Positions 49,455 to 62,522 of a stretch of 64,000 nt of DNA are shown in pieces. Location of the stretch: the NCBI RefSeq assembly GCF_006345805.1, contig NW_021833614.1, positions 2,133 to 66,132 on the forward strand, read 5' to 3'. The DNA comes from Octopus sinensis. Taxonomy: Eukaryota. Below the pieces are notes generated by a model. That model did no database searches. It saw only the letters and a list, made by a program, of their open reading frames with translations, and was not told where the DNA came from. Position numbers and translations under genes: made by a program. The first letter of the stretch is position 1; each line of letters opens with the position of its first letter.

Positions 49455-50034
49455 CAGTAATATCTCACTTTACAAGGACTTGCTTTGTGTTGGCTCGCTT
49501 TACGAAACCTCGAGTTTACGGGTTTTATTTTTCAAGCTCGAGATGCAAATTTTGAACGAAATGCGAAAGTTTCTACTACCATCACAAATGCTTCTGCGTG
49601 TTGCCGTAAAATTCATAGAGAGCGGGGGAAAAAAAGCTCCCTCTAAGCAAGCAACTTTAGACTTGTTTTTGAAAAAGAAATCTACAAGTCCGTCTACGAG
49701 TGCTTGTGGATCGGTGATCACATCTACAAGTTATGGTGTGCGCGAGTCTAGTGCCAGTGAAAGTGATTCAGAAAGGGATTATAATAATATTTTTTTCCTA
49801 TTATAAATGATCTTGTCATTCTTTTTACTTTACATAAAATATTCTTTACTTTCTACTGTTATTTTATTGTCCTTTATTTATGAGTATTATAAATTTCATT
49901 AATACGATATTTTTCTGCGAATGAATTACGATCTATGACATCGCTACTATGGGAAATTATTGCTCTGCTTTACGAGTTTTCGCTTTGTGAGCAGTCTCTG
50001 GGAACGAATCAACTCGTATATCGATACATTACTG
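49455..50034 (+). mobile_element. Tigger/pogo-type non-autonomous DNA transposon with TA TSD
   Basis: TIRs CAGTAATATCTCACTTTACAAG / CTCGTATATCGATACATTACTG; the interior translates [11 protein letters not shown]...[11 protein letters not shown], like a Tigger transposase C-terminus. Confidence 0.82.
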
Positions 50035-50158
50035 TATATGAATTATATATGTGCGTGTGTTTGTGTATATATGTATGTAGTCTGGCAGGACGTACCCAAC
50101 CTCGAGAACCCTTAGCTCACTTAAGGAAAATTTGAAAGGATTGAAACCCCTATGATCG

Positions 50159-50417
50159 GTGTTTAGGCGTTGTTAGTTTGTCCTTGTGTGGTTTTGGTAT
50201 GCGAAGTGCGTAAGCTGTTTTGCCAAGACCAGGTCACGCCAACAAAAGAGAGGAATTTGGGGTTCGGGAGATTTCAGGGGCCAGATGATGTGTTTAGGCG
50301 TTGTTAGTTTGCCCTTAGTTGTTGGCAACCGAGGGCGTAAGCTCTCTTACCTCGACAAGGTCACGCCAACAAGAGAGAGGGACTTGGGTTTCGAGAGATT
50401 TCGTGGGGTCAGATGAT
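50159..50417 (+). repeat. Diverged 131-bp tandem duplication
   Basis: GTGTTTAGGCGTTGTTAGTTTG at 50159 and 50290; both units contain AGGTCACGCCAACAA and end in CAGATGAT. Confidence 0.85.
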
Positions 50418-51246
50418 AATGGACATGAGGATGTGTTGGGGGGATTGCGGGCCAGAAAGAACGCATTAATTTTGGGGAGAGGGAAAGGAAGAGACAGAAG
50501 GTTTTGAGTGTGGACTGTGAAGAAAAAGTGATTCCAATGAGCAGGGTAAGGGGTGTGACAGGGAGGTGGGAGCGAGTAGATCAGGGTGTTGCATTGGATG
50601 ATTAACGTAATTAGATGCTGTGTAGGGGAATGTGCTCACACGCTGGCATTCAGACCCCCTTCGCCACAGTCGTCTTTTTGCCGATTTCACCTCTTTTGCA
50701 AGACACAGACCATTCACACCCGTGCATACCTTTTATACTATTCATCTCTCTCTCTCTCTTTCTCTCACCCTCTCACTCTCTCTCTTTTTCTCTCAACCTT
50801 GCCTAAGGTGATGTTAAGGCTGAGGGATGAGGAAATGGAAATCGTGGGAGGGGGTGCAATGAGGAAGTGAGCCGCTATGGTACGGGCATAATGCTCAGGT
50901 CGCCCAGATTCCAAAGTCATTGTTCGGCGGGAAATTTTCGTTATATAAAAGTTCTTGGCAGTGAAAAGGTTGGAAATCCTTGCTCCATGTGATCACTAAT
51001 AATAGCAACCATATTTTCCTCAATTATCTTCCTTATGGTGAGCATCCATTAAACATATATAATATATATTTGCATATATATATGTATACGAATAGATAGG
51101 TAGATATCCATTCACACACACACACACACACACATATGAATATGCATATACATATGCATATATATATATTTATATAAAACATACATATATATATATTTTT
51201 TCTAGTTTCAGCTCAGAGCTGCGGCCATGTTTATGCAAACCGCCGT

Positions 51247-51284
<38 letters not shown>

Positions 51285-51307
51285 AGAACACTACACCACC
51301 ACACACC

Positions 51308-51385
<78 letters not shown>

Positions 51386-51396
51386 CTATGCATATA

Positions 51397-51571
51397 TAGG
51401 CGCAGGAGTGGGCTTTTGTGTAAGTAGCTTGCTAACCAACCACATGGTTGCGGGTTCAGTCCCACTGCGTGGCATCTTGGGCAAGTGTCTTCTGCTATAG
51501 CCCCGGGCCCGACCAATGCCTTGTGAGTGGATTTGGTAGACGGAAACTGAAAGAAGCCTGTCGTATATATG

Positions 51572-51606
<35 letters not shown>

Positions 51607-51815
51607 TTTTGTGTGTCTGTGTTGCCCCCCTAGTATCGCTTGACAACCAATGCTGGTGTGTTTTACGTCCCCGTCACTTAGCGGTTCGGCAAGAGACCGA
51701 TATAATAAGTCTGGGCTTACAAGAAATAAGTCCCGGGGTCGATTTGCTCGACTAAAGCGGTGCTCCAGCATGGCCGCAGTCAATGACTGAAACAAGTAAA
51801 GAGTAAAAGAGAGTA
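51397..51815 (+). mobile_element. Family A SINE
   Basis: GGCGCAGGAGTGG head through GACTGAAACAAGTAAA tail. Confidence 0.9.
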
Positions 51816-51949
51816 AGAGTATACATACATTCACACACATATGTGTGTATATACATATATTCATGAATGCACATATATATTATTCTAATTAAATATATAT
51901 ATATATATATACACGCACACACATATATATACACACACACAAACACACA

Positions 51950-51991
<42 letters not shown>

Positions 51992-52053
51992 ATATATATA
52001 CAGACAGACATACATACGTATATATATATATACCTCACTCAGATTTATTTTTG

Positions 52054-52092
<39 letters not shown>

Positions 52093-52393
52093 CAAACACA
52101 GACATGTATGTATATATGGTAATTACAACACACACATATAGTCACGCACATGTTGCCAGTGGCTGCGAGCCTCATAACTCAGTTAAACTACAAAGACGCA
52201 TGTCTATAATATGTCACCTTTCATCAGATAAAAAGGACACCTGAATGTTATTAAGTGTAACTGACGTTTTTAGTGTTTTCCAGAGGTTTTATGACCCAGT
52301 CCATAACTTATTGTAAAATAGATAGAGATATATGAGCTGCTAATAGTTATCTATGTTTACAATCTGTGTAACCAGCTATTTGTCTATCTATCC

Positions 52394-52465
<72 letters not shown>

Positions 52466-52511
52466 ATGTCTCTATCTATCTATTTATCTATCTGTCTCTT
52501 CTCTCATTATA

Positions 52512-52567
<56 letters not shown>

Positions 52568-53169
52568 ATATATAATATATATATATATATAATATATTAT
52601 ATACTGTTGTGTCTGGGGAGTCATTTTCTTTTTGCGCTTATAATCCGAAACGAATTATATACATATCGACATATATATATATATATATAATATATATATA
52701 TATATACATACATAAATATTATTAGTTAGACAGGCCTGGGCCATACTGGCCAAAAACCTTTCTAAGTTATTCTAATTATGTATATATATAATATAATATA
52801 TATATTATATATATAATATATATATATATATATTATATATATATATATTAATATATATGTAGTGTGTGTGGTGTGTGTGTGGTTGTGTGTGTGTGTATAT
52901 GAAGGAGAGAGTGATTGAGAAATAGATAGAAAACTATAAAATATTAATGATATACATATTTAACATGTGTGAATATGTTTGCTGTATAAGATGTAAGAAA
53001 ACACATATGTATGGGAATATATATATAAATATATGTATTTCAATGTGTGTATAATTAAATATATATATATATATGTAAACGCACATGTACGTCTGTGTGT
53101 ACGTGTATGGATATGCGTATCTGTGCGTTTTTGTGTATGTGTGGTACGTTTGTTGTGTGTGTGTGTGAG

Positions 53170-53209
<40 letters not shown>

Positions 53210-53421
53210 TGAGTGTGCGAGTGTGTATTTGACAGAATCGCTGCCCCCGGGTAAAAACAGATTCACGCCGTGGTGTACTTTGCATATCCCGGGTTATGCA
53301 CCAGTTGACGTCCCGGTTTTCTAAAATATTCATACATTTTAAATACATACTCATACAACACCCCCACACAAACACTCATACACATGTATACATACATATA
53401 TATATATTTATATACACATAT

Positions 53422-53830
53422 AGGCGCAGGAGTGGTTGTGTAGTAAGTAGCTTGCTAACCAACCTCATGGTTCCGGGTTCAGTCCTACTGCATGGCATCT
53501 TGGGCAAGTGTCTTCTGCTATAGCCCCGGGCCGACCAATGCCTTGTGAGTGGATTTGTAGACGGAAACTGAAAGAAGCCTGTCGTATATATGTCTATATA
53601 TTATATGTATGTGTGTTGTATATGTTTGTGTGTCTGTGGTTTGCCCCCTAGCATTGTTTGACAAAACGATGCTGGTGTGTTTATGTCCCTGTCACTTAGT
53701 GGTTCGGCAAAAAGAGACCGATAGAATAAGTACTGGGCTTAGAAAGAATAAGTCCCGGGGTCGATCTGCTCGACTAGAGGCGGTGCTCCAGCATGGCCGC
53801 AGTCAAATGACTGAAACAAGTAAAAAAGAA
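53422..53830 (+). mobile_element. Family A SINE
   Basis: GGCGCAGGAGTGG head through GACTGAAACAAGTAAAA tail. Confidence 0.9.
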
Positions 53831-54182
53831 AAAAAGAAAAAAAAGATATATACATATATGTATGTATACTTTATATTCTTTGTGGACCACGTAACACCAA
53901 TGTTCGAGTGTGTGGGCATGTGTGTCTCTGTGTGTTAGTGCGTTCGTGGTACATGTTTACATATATATATTTTTTATATTAAATCATATACTATTATTAT
54001 CATCATTATTGTAGTTGTTGTTGTTGTTATTATGGTTATTATTCAAAACAGTTTGACCCTGGGCCAAATCACACTGTTTTAAGTCATATTATATATGACT
54101 CCTGCTAAATGTGTTCAGTGCCTTTTTCTTTAGTTTGTCCCTTCACACACACACACACACACACATAAACACACACAGAGAG

Positions 54183-54227
<45 letters not shown>

Positions 54228-54404
54228 GTCTCACACACACACAGAGTCTCACACACACACACATATATACAACGTATGGGGATTTAGATCACAGGTGATC
54301 TAAACGATTAGGTACGCTAGATAAGTGCTGTTATGGATTACTGGAGCTACAAGGTTATAGCCGAGACGGTAGTTATGGAGCCATTGCAAATTCCGATGCG
54401 GTGG

Positions 54405-54480
<76 letters not shown>

Positions 54481-54593
54481 AGATAAGATGATTACAGATA
54501 TAGGGACTGTTTTACATATCAGTCTATCTACATTTACATCCGCTGTCTGTCTGTCTTTATCTCTCTCTCTCTCTTTCCCTCTGTATATATATG

Positions 54594-54633
<40 letters not shown>

Positions 54634-54654
54634 ATTATTATTATTATTTTTTAC

Positions 54655-55045
54655 ATATTTCAGTCATTACACTGCACCCATGCTGGTGCACCACCTTGAA
54701 TTTTTAGTCGATTGAATCGGCTCCAGGACTTATTTTTCAAGCCTGGTAATTACTCTGTCGGTCTCTTTTGCCGAACCGCTAGTGCTATGGAGACACACGA
54801 ACACCAACACCGGTTGTCAAATGGTGGGGGTGGGTTAGCACCGACACAAAAAACACGCACACATAGATATAGATATTTACATATGTATGGGCTTCTTTTA
54901 ATTTCCTTCTATCAAAATCATTCACAAGGTTTCGGTCGGCCCGAGGCTATAGTAGAAGATACCTACCCAAAGTGCCACGCAATGGGACGGAACTCAGAAC
55001 CAACTGGTTTAGAAGCACGTTTCTTACTACACAGCCAATCGTGCG
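54655..55045 (-). mobile_element. Family A SINE, diverged
   Basis: Tail and head motifs on the minus strand. Confidence 0.75.
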
Positions 55046-55159
55046 CATATATACATACATATATTCATACATACATACATACATACAAAGATGTGTGTGT
55101 GTGTATGTTTGTATGTATGTATTCTGTAAATAATAATGATAATGATATTTTTATAAGCT

Positions 55160-55345
55160 AAGGCAGCGAGCTAGCGAGGCGGGCGAAATGCTTAGTGGTA
55201 TTTCGTTTGTCTTTATTCACTGAGTTCAAATTCCGCCGAAGTCGACTTTTCCTGTCATCCTTTTGAGGTCCTTTGCGTACTGGGGCTGATCTTAACGATT
55301 GGCCCCCTACCCAAAGAATTTCGGGCCTTGTGCCAAGAGTAGAAA
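55160..55345 (+). mobile_element. Family B SINE, diverged
   Basis: GGCAGCGAGCTAG...GAGTTCAAATTCCGCCGAAGTCGAC. Confidence 0.7.
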
Positions 55346-55726
55346 ATAATAATTTTATTAGCTGAAAGATTATAAGCGATCGCCGTTTATTGACTAAAGA
55401 GAATAGTCTAATATCAAATCAGTTATCACACACACACACAGATTGATAGATAGATTGATAGATAGATAGATATACGCAAGTAAAATAATATTACTTAATA
55501 CACAACGGACATAGATTCAACAGTTAATTTATGCTGGCTGTGATTTTTTACTGATCGATTGACAAATGCCGTTTGATCGATCGATTATTTCAAAGTCATA
55601 TATGTGTGTACGTGTGTGTACGTGTGTGTACGTGTGTGTGCGCGGGGAGTGTATATTTGTCGGAAACCAGTAACATGCCATATCTTCCTCTGTATTTTCC
55701 TAATGTCATTTTTTTCACCTTTTCAG

Positions 55727-55800
55727 TGGGGCCTCTACCTGTAAAGAACTTTGATATCAAGATCATGGTTGGGAACACGGACCTGAGTTCCTATCTAGAG
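55727..55800 (+). CDS. Candidate 74-nt internal exon (xGPLPVKNFDIKIMVGNTDLSSYLE), product unknown
   Basis: CTAAT branch-like site, tract tttttttcaccttttcag, open non-repetitive frame, GAG|GTACTT donor; phase 1 to phase 0. Confidence 0.5.
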
Positions 55801-56072
55801 GTACTTCACTGACATGTAATGAACCCCCTGATCTGCTAGTTTCCTCTAATCTTGATAGATTCCTTTTTAGTATTGCTTCTCCAGTGGTTAACTAAGCTTC
55901 GTCTCATTTATTTGCTTTATGCATTCACCATCCCACAATTATTTTATTTATTGCTCTTTCGTTATTGGCCAAATTATTATTATGTAATTATTTCTTTTCA
56001 ACTGTTGTTTTTATTTCTGTTGTGTTTAATGCAATCAACAAATGTGAGTACAGCTTATTGCAACACAGGACA

Positions 56073-56134
<62 letters not shown>

Positions 56135-56467
56135 AACATGCAGAATATAGCGATACTAATAAGCAGTTGCTGAAAGTAAATGAACATATGCTTTGGAGCA
56201 AACTTTAGGTCAACACAAGACGTAATATTAGGTAATGAATAGCAAGAAAACAGAAACGCTGGAACCACCTGCATTAGCTTACAGCTGTTTCCGCTATAAA
56301 AACGTGCACTCTAAGTTGAATGCTTGTGCAACATCTTATAGAGTCCTCAGAGCCCGATACATATATTTATACATATATATATATACATACATCTTTTCGT
56401 ATGTATGAAAGTCTATACGTACACTCATATATGTGCGTATGTATATTAAATATATATGTGTGTGTTT

Positions 56468-56665
56468 AGGCGGCGAGCTGGCAGAAACGTTAGCGCTCTG
56501 GGCGAAATGCGTAGCTGTATTTCGTCTGCCATTACGTTCTGGGTTCAAATTCCGCCGAGGTCTACTTTGCCTGTCATCCTTTCGGGGTCGATAAATTAAG
56601 TACCAGTTACACACTGGGGTCGATGTAATCGACTCAACCCGTTTGTCTGTCCTCTCTGTGTTTTG
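56468..56665 (+). mobile_element. Family B SINE
   Basis: GGCGGCGAGCTGGCAGAAACGTTAGC...GTCGATGTAATCGAC. Confidence 0.9.
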
Positions 56666-56990
56666 CGTATTATCGTCTATTATCTTACCAGAGAAAATTA
56701 AAATTCCTCACTATTTACAAAATATGAAACTATATATATTAAGAAGACATAAACAGTTTTACTATGTGCATTATCTGCTTTCTCTCCACCTAAATACAAT
56801 ATTTGAGAAGTTTTAGTTACCGAAGAACTCAACAGAAAAAAAAATTAATAAAACGAATATTTAAATATGTTCCGTTATAGTTTCAAACTACCAAAATAAT
56901 ATCTCTCAAATGACATTTTTGAACGCTTCTATTATGTCTTTTCATTCAGTGTGCGTCATTTATTTCTACTTCAAACTAGTAGTATAAATA

Positions 56991-57022
<32 letters not shown>

Positions 57023-57043
57023 TAATAATATAATAATAATATA

Positions 57044-57089
<46 letters not shown>

Positions 57090-57090
57090 T

Positions 57091-57147
<57 letters not shown>

Positions 57148-57162
57148 TAAAAATAATAATAA

Positions 57163-57203
<41 letters not shown>

Positions 57204-57204
<1 letters not shown>

Positions 57205-57586
57205 ATTTAGTGCGACATGAGATAGAGAATAGGAATTGAGAAAGAAAGCCAACGATGCTAGATCATAGATAAAGCATGCCCAGCTGACAACAAGGTATGC
57301 GGAAAGGAAGAAAGAATAGTCGATAGATATGATAGGTTAGCTTGGGAGGTTAAGCAGTTGTGGTCGATGAAAAAGTTGGTAGTAGTACCAATAATTGTCG
57401 GAGCCCTAGGGAACGGTGAGTAAAGATCTTGAGAAGTACATGGAACAAATAGGGGCTGCAAAAAGGGTGGAGTACAGCACTGCTTGGAACCAAATGCTCC
57501 AAATACTAAGGGGTGTTGCCTCAGTTCACTGGCAGTGAACAGCTGGCACCGTAGTACATCTCCAGCGATAGAAGCTGTGCAAAGGC
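57204..57586 (+). mobile_element. 5'-truncated R4/Dong-clade LINE 3' end (RLE endonuclease region) inside a (TAA)n tract
   Basis: IIDKACPADNKVCGKEERIVDRYDRLAWEVKQLWSMKKLVVVPIIVGALG, frameshift, then VSKDLEKYMEQIG; TAA/TAG repeats on both sides. Confidence 0.85.
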
Positions 57587-57640
<54 letters not shown>

Positions 57641-57648
57641 TAATAATG

Positions 57649-57703
<55 letters not shown>

Positions 57704-57710
57704 TAATAAT

Positions 57711-58173
57711 TGTGTCTTGGTATAAAAGATGGGCTACAGCAATTATCCTGCTGAATACCACAGATTTCCTTGTCAGTTGTTTGACCGTAACCAGTTAAAC
57801 ATATCCCTTAGTGGCTGAAGATATGTGCATCTCTAATCACCAGTAGAAATAGTGGGGGAGCATCACAGCTATGTGCTGAGAGGAATTCTTTGGAGTTCGG
57901 ATAATTCACTTCTGGAAACATGGGTGTTTCGTTCAACATCCTAAAACAAACCTTATTCAGGAACCTATTAACCGGAATGGGCTTCTCGACCCGAAGAAAA
58001 TTATAAGTGGGCCCCACCTGCAAAGTCATGCCCTGTTTACCTTGATATGAGATCACCATATCGCGTACATATGGTTGTGATGCATGTGACGGGTAGTCAT
58101 GGTGGGTATACTGGGCCTCGTATATTTTACCCCAGTGTCACTTTGATGGCATGCACTGCTCTCTCACCCACTC
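57711..58173 (+). mobile_element. About 460-bp unclassified element bounded by (TAA)n on both sides
   Basis: Homologous to 9850-10083; no ORF and no tRNA head. Confidence 0.7.
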
Positions 58174-58198
58174 AATAATAATAATAATGATAATAATG

Positions 58199-58233
<35 letters not shown>

Positions 58234-58375
58234 TAATAATAATAATAATAACAATGATAAAATAGTAGGTCCTTGTTTTGACACAATATCTTCAATCCCG
58301 GTAGACACAATATCTTCAATCAACATCACGATATCGGATACTGTGTGACATCTTAAATAATTAGAATAATAAGCA

Positions 58376-58500
58376 ATGGTTTCAAAGTTTGGCACAAGAC
58401 CAGCAGTTTCAGGGGAGAGGCTAAGTCGATTACATCGACCCCTATTACTCAAATGGTACTTATTTTTTCGACCACAAAAGGAGGAAAGGCAAAGTCGACC
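58376..58500 (-). mobile_element. Family B SINE 3' fragment
   Basis: TTTCAAAGTTTGGCACAAG...AGTCGATTACATCGACC...AAAGTCGACC. Confidence 0.75.
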
Positions 58501-58850
58501 CGCACATGAACAATTGGCTGATGGCTGGGAGCAGAAACATCTACATGGCAAATATGTAGCCCGCAGCAAACAAGCAGACACATACAAGTGGCTACAGAGC
58601 TCAGAGCTGAAGGCAGAGGGTGAAAGCTTCATCTTAGTTGCTCAAGATCAAAGTTTATAAACCTGGAACAATCAGTTCAATCTTAAGAAAAATGGAGTAG
58701 ATCCAAAGTGCCGATTCTGCAATGATGAGATTGAAACAGTGGAGAACCTAATTTCTGGATGCTAAATTTTAGCACTAGTGGAGTATCAGTCAAGTTATGA
58801 AAGAGTTGGGCCAATATCTACACTGGTTAATATGTCGATATTTTAAATCA
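58501..58850 (+). mobile_element. R4/Dong-clade LINE fragment, post-RT region with zinc knuckle
   Basis: WEQKHLHGKY, LKAEGESFILVAQDQSL, PKCRFCNDEIETVENLISGC, YLHWLICR. Confidence 0.85.
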
Positions 58851-59314
58851 AAACATATGTATGTATGTATGTGTGATAACTGATATGATATTAGATTATT
58901 CTCTTTACCCAATAAACGGCGATCGCATAGGAAAAAAACACTGGTTTAACTAGTGATTTAATTTCACTGATCCTATATTACCTGTGTTGGGTCGCAAAAT
59001 GAGAACTATTTTGTTTAATCCTGTCATCGCATTAAATGAGTTAGGATTTATATTTTCGTTTACACATTTTTATTTTGTGTAAACTCAAGAAGGAAATTTG
59101 AAGAATGTCTTTCGCATCATAATGTATTTCTTTATATTGCATTTCCTTTCTATGGCTTTGTACTTCTTAATTACTGCGTTGTTAATGAAGTATTTCTATT
59201 TCAAAAGAATTGTGATTGGTTCTGCTATCTGCTCTTCATTAATTCATAACTAAGTGAAACAACATTGTTATGCTGTAATTGTTTTTCTTCTTATTATTAT
59301 TCGTCGTCAGAATA

Positions 59315-61594
59315 AGGCGGTGAGCTGGCAGAAACGTTAGCACGCCGGGCGAAATACGTAGCCGTTACGTTCTGAGTTCAAATTCCCCCGAGGTCGACTT
59401 TGCCTTTCATCCTTTCGGTGTCGATAAATTAAGTACCAGTTACGCACTGGGTTCGATATATATTTCTTTACTCCAGTTACGCACTGGGTTCGATATAAGC
59501 GACTTAATCCGTTTGTCTGTCCTTGTTTGTCCCCATCTGTGTACAGCCCCTTGTTGGTAGCAAAGAAATAGGTATTTCGTCTGCCGTTACGTTCTGAGTT
59601 CAAATTCCGCCGAGGTCGACTTTGCCTTTCGGGGTCGATAAATTAAGTACCAGTTGCGTACTGGAGTCGATCTAATCCCTTTGTCTGTCCTTGTTTGTCC
59701 CCTCTATGTTTAGCCCCTTGTGGGCAATAAAGAAATAAGAATCGTTACCGCACCGAGTGAAATACTCAACATTTCGTCCGTCTTTACCTTCTGAGTTCAA
59801 ATTCAACCGAGGTCAACTTTACTTTTCATTATTTCGGCGTCAACGAAATAAATACCAGTTGAGTTCTGTAATTGACTATCCCCTTCCCCCAAAATTACAA
59901 GCTTTGTGCTTACAAGAAGGGAGTATTTATCCTGAATATATGTTCCGTTTCAAAACTTTAACATGAGACCAAGAATTTCAGAAAGCGTGGGTTAGCCGAA
60001 TGCATCGAACCGAGTACTTAGTTGGTGGACGGGAAAAAGGCAAAGATGATTTTCGATGGATTTGAACTCAGAACTTAAAAATTCAGAAGAAAGCCCTCAA
60101 TAACTTTTGTCTGACTCGCTAACAATTCAGCCAGCTAACTGCCTTATTTGAACTTAAAATTATTCTCTCTAATTTTGGTACAGTGCCGTTCATTTTTATA
60201 GAAGGGAGCAAGCTGATAACATTGACCTCCAGTATTTATCTGGTACTTTATTTTATCGACCCCTGCAGGATGAAAAAGCAAAGTTGACCTCTGCGGAGAT
60301 GGAACTCAGAACGTTAAGTGTCATAATAAAAATTTAAAAAAAACGCTGCTAAACGTAATTAAGTTTGACGTGTTAGCGGTTCCACTAGCTCAGAGTCTTA
60401 GGAGAATATAATATAATAGTTTCAAATTTTGTCACAAGGACAGCGATTTTAGCGTAGGGGAAGCGTCGATTACATCGAACCCTGTGTATCACTGTCACGT
60501 ATTTTATCGACTTCGAAAGGATGAAAGGCAAAGTCGACCTCGGCGGAATTTGAACACAGAACGTAAAGACAGACGAAATACCTCTATGCATTTCGTCCGG
60601 CATACTAACTGCCAGCCTTAAGAGAATGTAATATAATGTTTTCTATTATAGGCGCAAGGTCTGAAATTTGGTAGGGGAGGGGGATACTCGATTACATCGA
60701 CCGCAGTACGTAACTGGTACTTATTTTATCGACCCCGAAAAGATGATGGTCAAAGTTGACCTCGGCGGAATTTGAACTCAGAACATGAAGACAAATGGAA
60801 TATCTATTTCTTTACTACAAACAAGGACAGACAAACGGATTAAGTCAATTATATCGACCCCAGTACGTAACTGGTACGTATTTAATCGACCCCGAAAGGA
60901 TGAAAGGCAAAGTCGACCTCGGCGGAATTTGAACTCAGAACGTAACAGCAGACGAAATACCTATTTCTTTACTACCCACAAGGGGCTAAACACAGAGGAA
61001 ACAAACAAGGACATACAAACGGATTAAGTCGATTATATCGATCCCAGTGCGTAACTGGTACTTAATATATCGACCCCGGAAGGATGAAAGGCATAGTCGA
61101 CCTCGGCAGAATTTGAACTCAGAACGTAACGGCAGACGAAATACGGCTACGCATTTCGCCCGGCGTGCTAACGTTTCTGCCAACTCGCCGCCTTAGGAGA
61201 ATATAATATAAAAAAAACTTTTAAAAAAAGTAATATTAAAATTATTTGTTTGCTTTATTAAGGAAGATGTGTATACTCAAATTTCAGAACAAAGCAAAGC
61301 AGGAGCAAAGGGTGGTGACTGTTCATATCACATAATGTGGTAGCCATTTATATAATCCTAAATATTATTTCATAAATAGATTAGGTTCTTATTCGTCTAA
61401 GTGCCAATTTTTTTTTGAACCCCTTAACTAACATTTTATATTTTACGCTTTCAATGAACAAAAATAATAATAATAAACAGTCTCTGGATTTTAATGCTTT
61501 GAACAGCAGACATTCAAAATCTGCAAGAATTTTTTTTTCTTTTAATTATTAATGTGTACGTGTGCGAGTGTGTGTGTGTGTGTGATATATGTGT

Positions 61595-61648
<54 letters not shown>

Positions 61649-61835
61649 CTTTAATTAGAAACCCCATAAGTATATATTTCTTTACTACCCTCAAGGGGCT
61701 AAACACAGAAGGAACAAACAAGGACAGGCAAACGGATTATATCGATTACATCGACCCCAGTGCGTAACTGGTACTTAATTTATCGACCCCGAAAGGATGA
61801 AAGACAAAGTCGACCTCGGTGGAATTTAAAACTCC
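59315..61835. mobile_element. Dense cluster of about 10 family B SINE units (plus strand 59315-59920; minus strand 59970-61195 and 61670-61835)
   Basis: Repeated GTCGAC/GTTGAC/GTCAAC cores, e.g. 59393, 59615, 60755, 60912, 61096. Confidence 0.88.
61263..61343 (+). CDS. Candidate terminal exon (EDVYTQISEQSKAGAKGGDCSYHIMW*)
   Basis: Acceptor ttgtttgctttattaag; open phase-0 frame to TAG; phase-compatible with 55727-55800. Confidence 0.25.
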   Translation, partial: EDVYTQISEQSKAGAKGGDCSYHIMW

Positions 61836-61929
61836 ATAAGTATAGATGACATCTTTTTCTTTATTTTCGAATGTGCGTGAACATTCAAATATGTAACAAG
61901 GAACTTTCATGCATACAATCACACATATA

Positions 61930-61973
<44 letters not shown>

Positions 61974-62158
61974 GATATATATATATCTATATATATATAT
62001 ATATTTAAGTAGTTGAATGAATTATCTTATTATGGATAATTCGGTTAACCGATACCTGGGTAGCAAATTCACGTCAGAAAAACACGGTTGAAGCTACATG
62101 CCTAGGGCAGAGATCACGTGCTTTCGTGTGGAAATTTGTGTATTTTTTTAAATACAAA

Positions 62159-62491
62159 TAAATGAAAGATAAGAGTTGAACGACGAATTAATAAAATTCC
62201 TTTATTTTCGACATATGTTTCGAAGGCTGCATATTCCTAATTTCGAAGGAAGGAATAAGGGGTGCATTATGCCGCCTTCTCATCAGGAAAAACATTATCG
62301 CTATAGGCTCCATGTGGGCAGTCATCTAATGTGCATCTTGATGCTGACATAAGTTCCTTATTTTTCCTGATGAGAAGGCGGCATAATGCACCCCTTATTC
62401 CTTCGAAATTAGGAATATGCAGCCTTCGAAACATATGTCGAAAATAAAGGAATTTGTTTGTTAATTCGTCGTTCAATTCCATTCTTTCATT

Positions 62492-62493
<2 letters not shown>
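62159..62493. mobile_element. 335-bp foldback/MITE (about 133-bp arms, 68-bp spacer)
   Basis: 62159-62292 is the near-perfect reverse complement of 62361-62493; TA at both ends. Confidence 0.9.

Positions 62494-62522
<29 letters not shown>

Noticed and set aside
52284-52312. Possible micro-exon after a CTGAC branch site and TTTTCCAG
   Set aside because: Donor GTAAAA is weak and the frame is ambiguous
59315-61195. Repeat array superficially like a CRISPR array
   Set aside because: Units are 150-220-bp SINE bodies with no unique spacers, the context is eukaryotic and there are no cas genes
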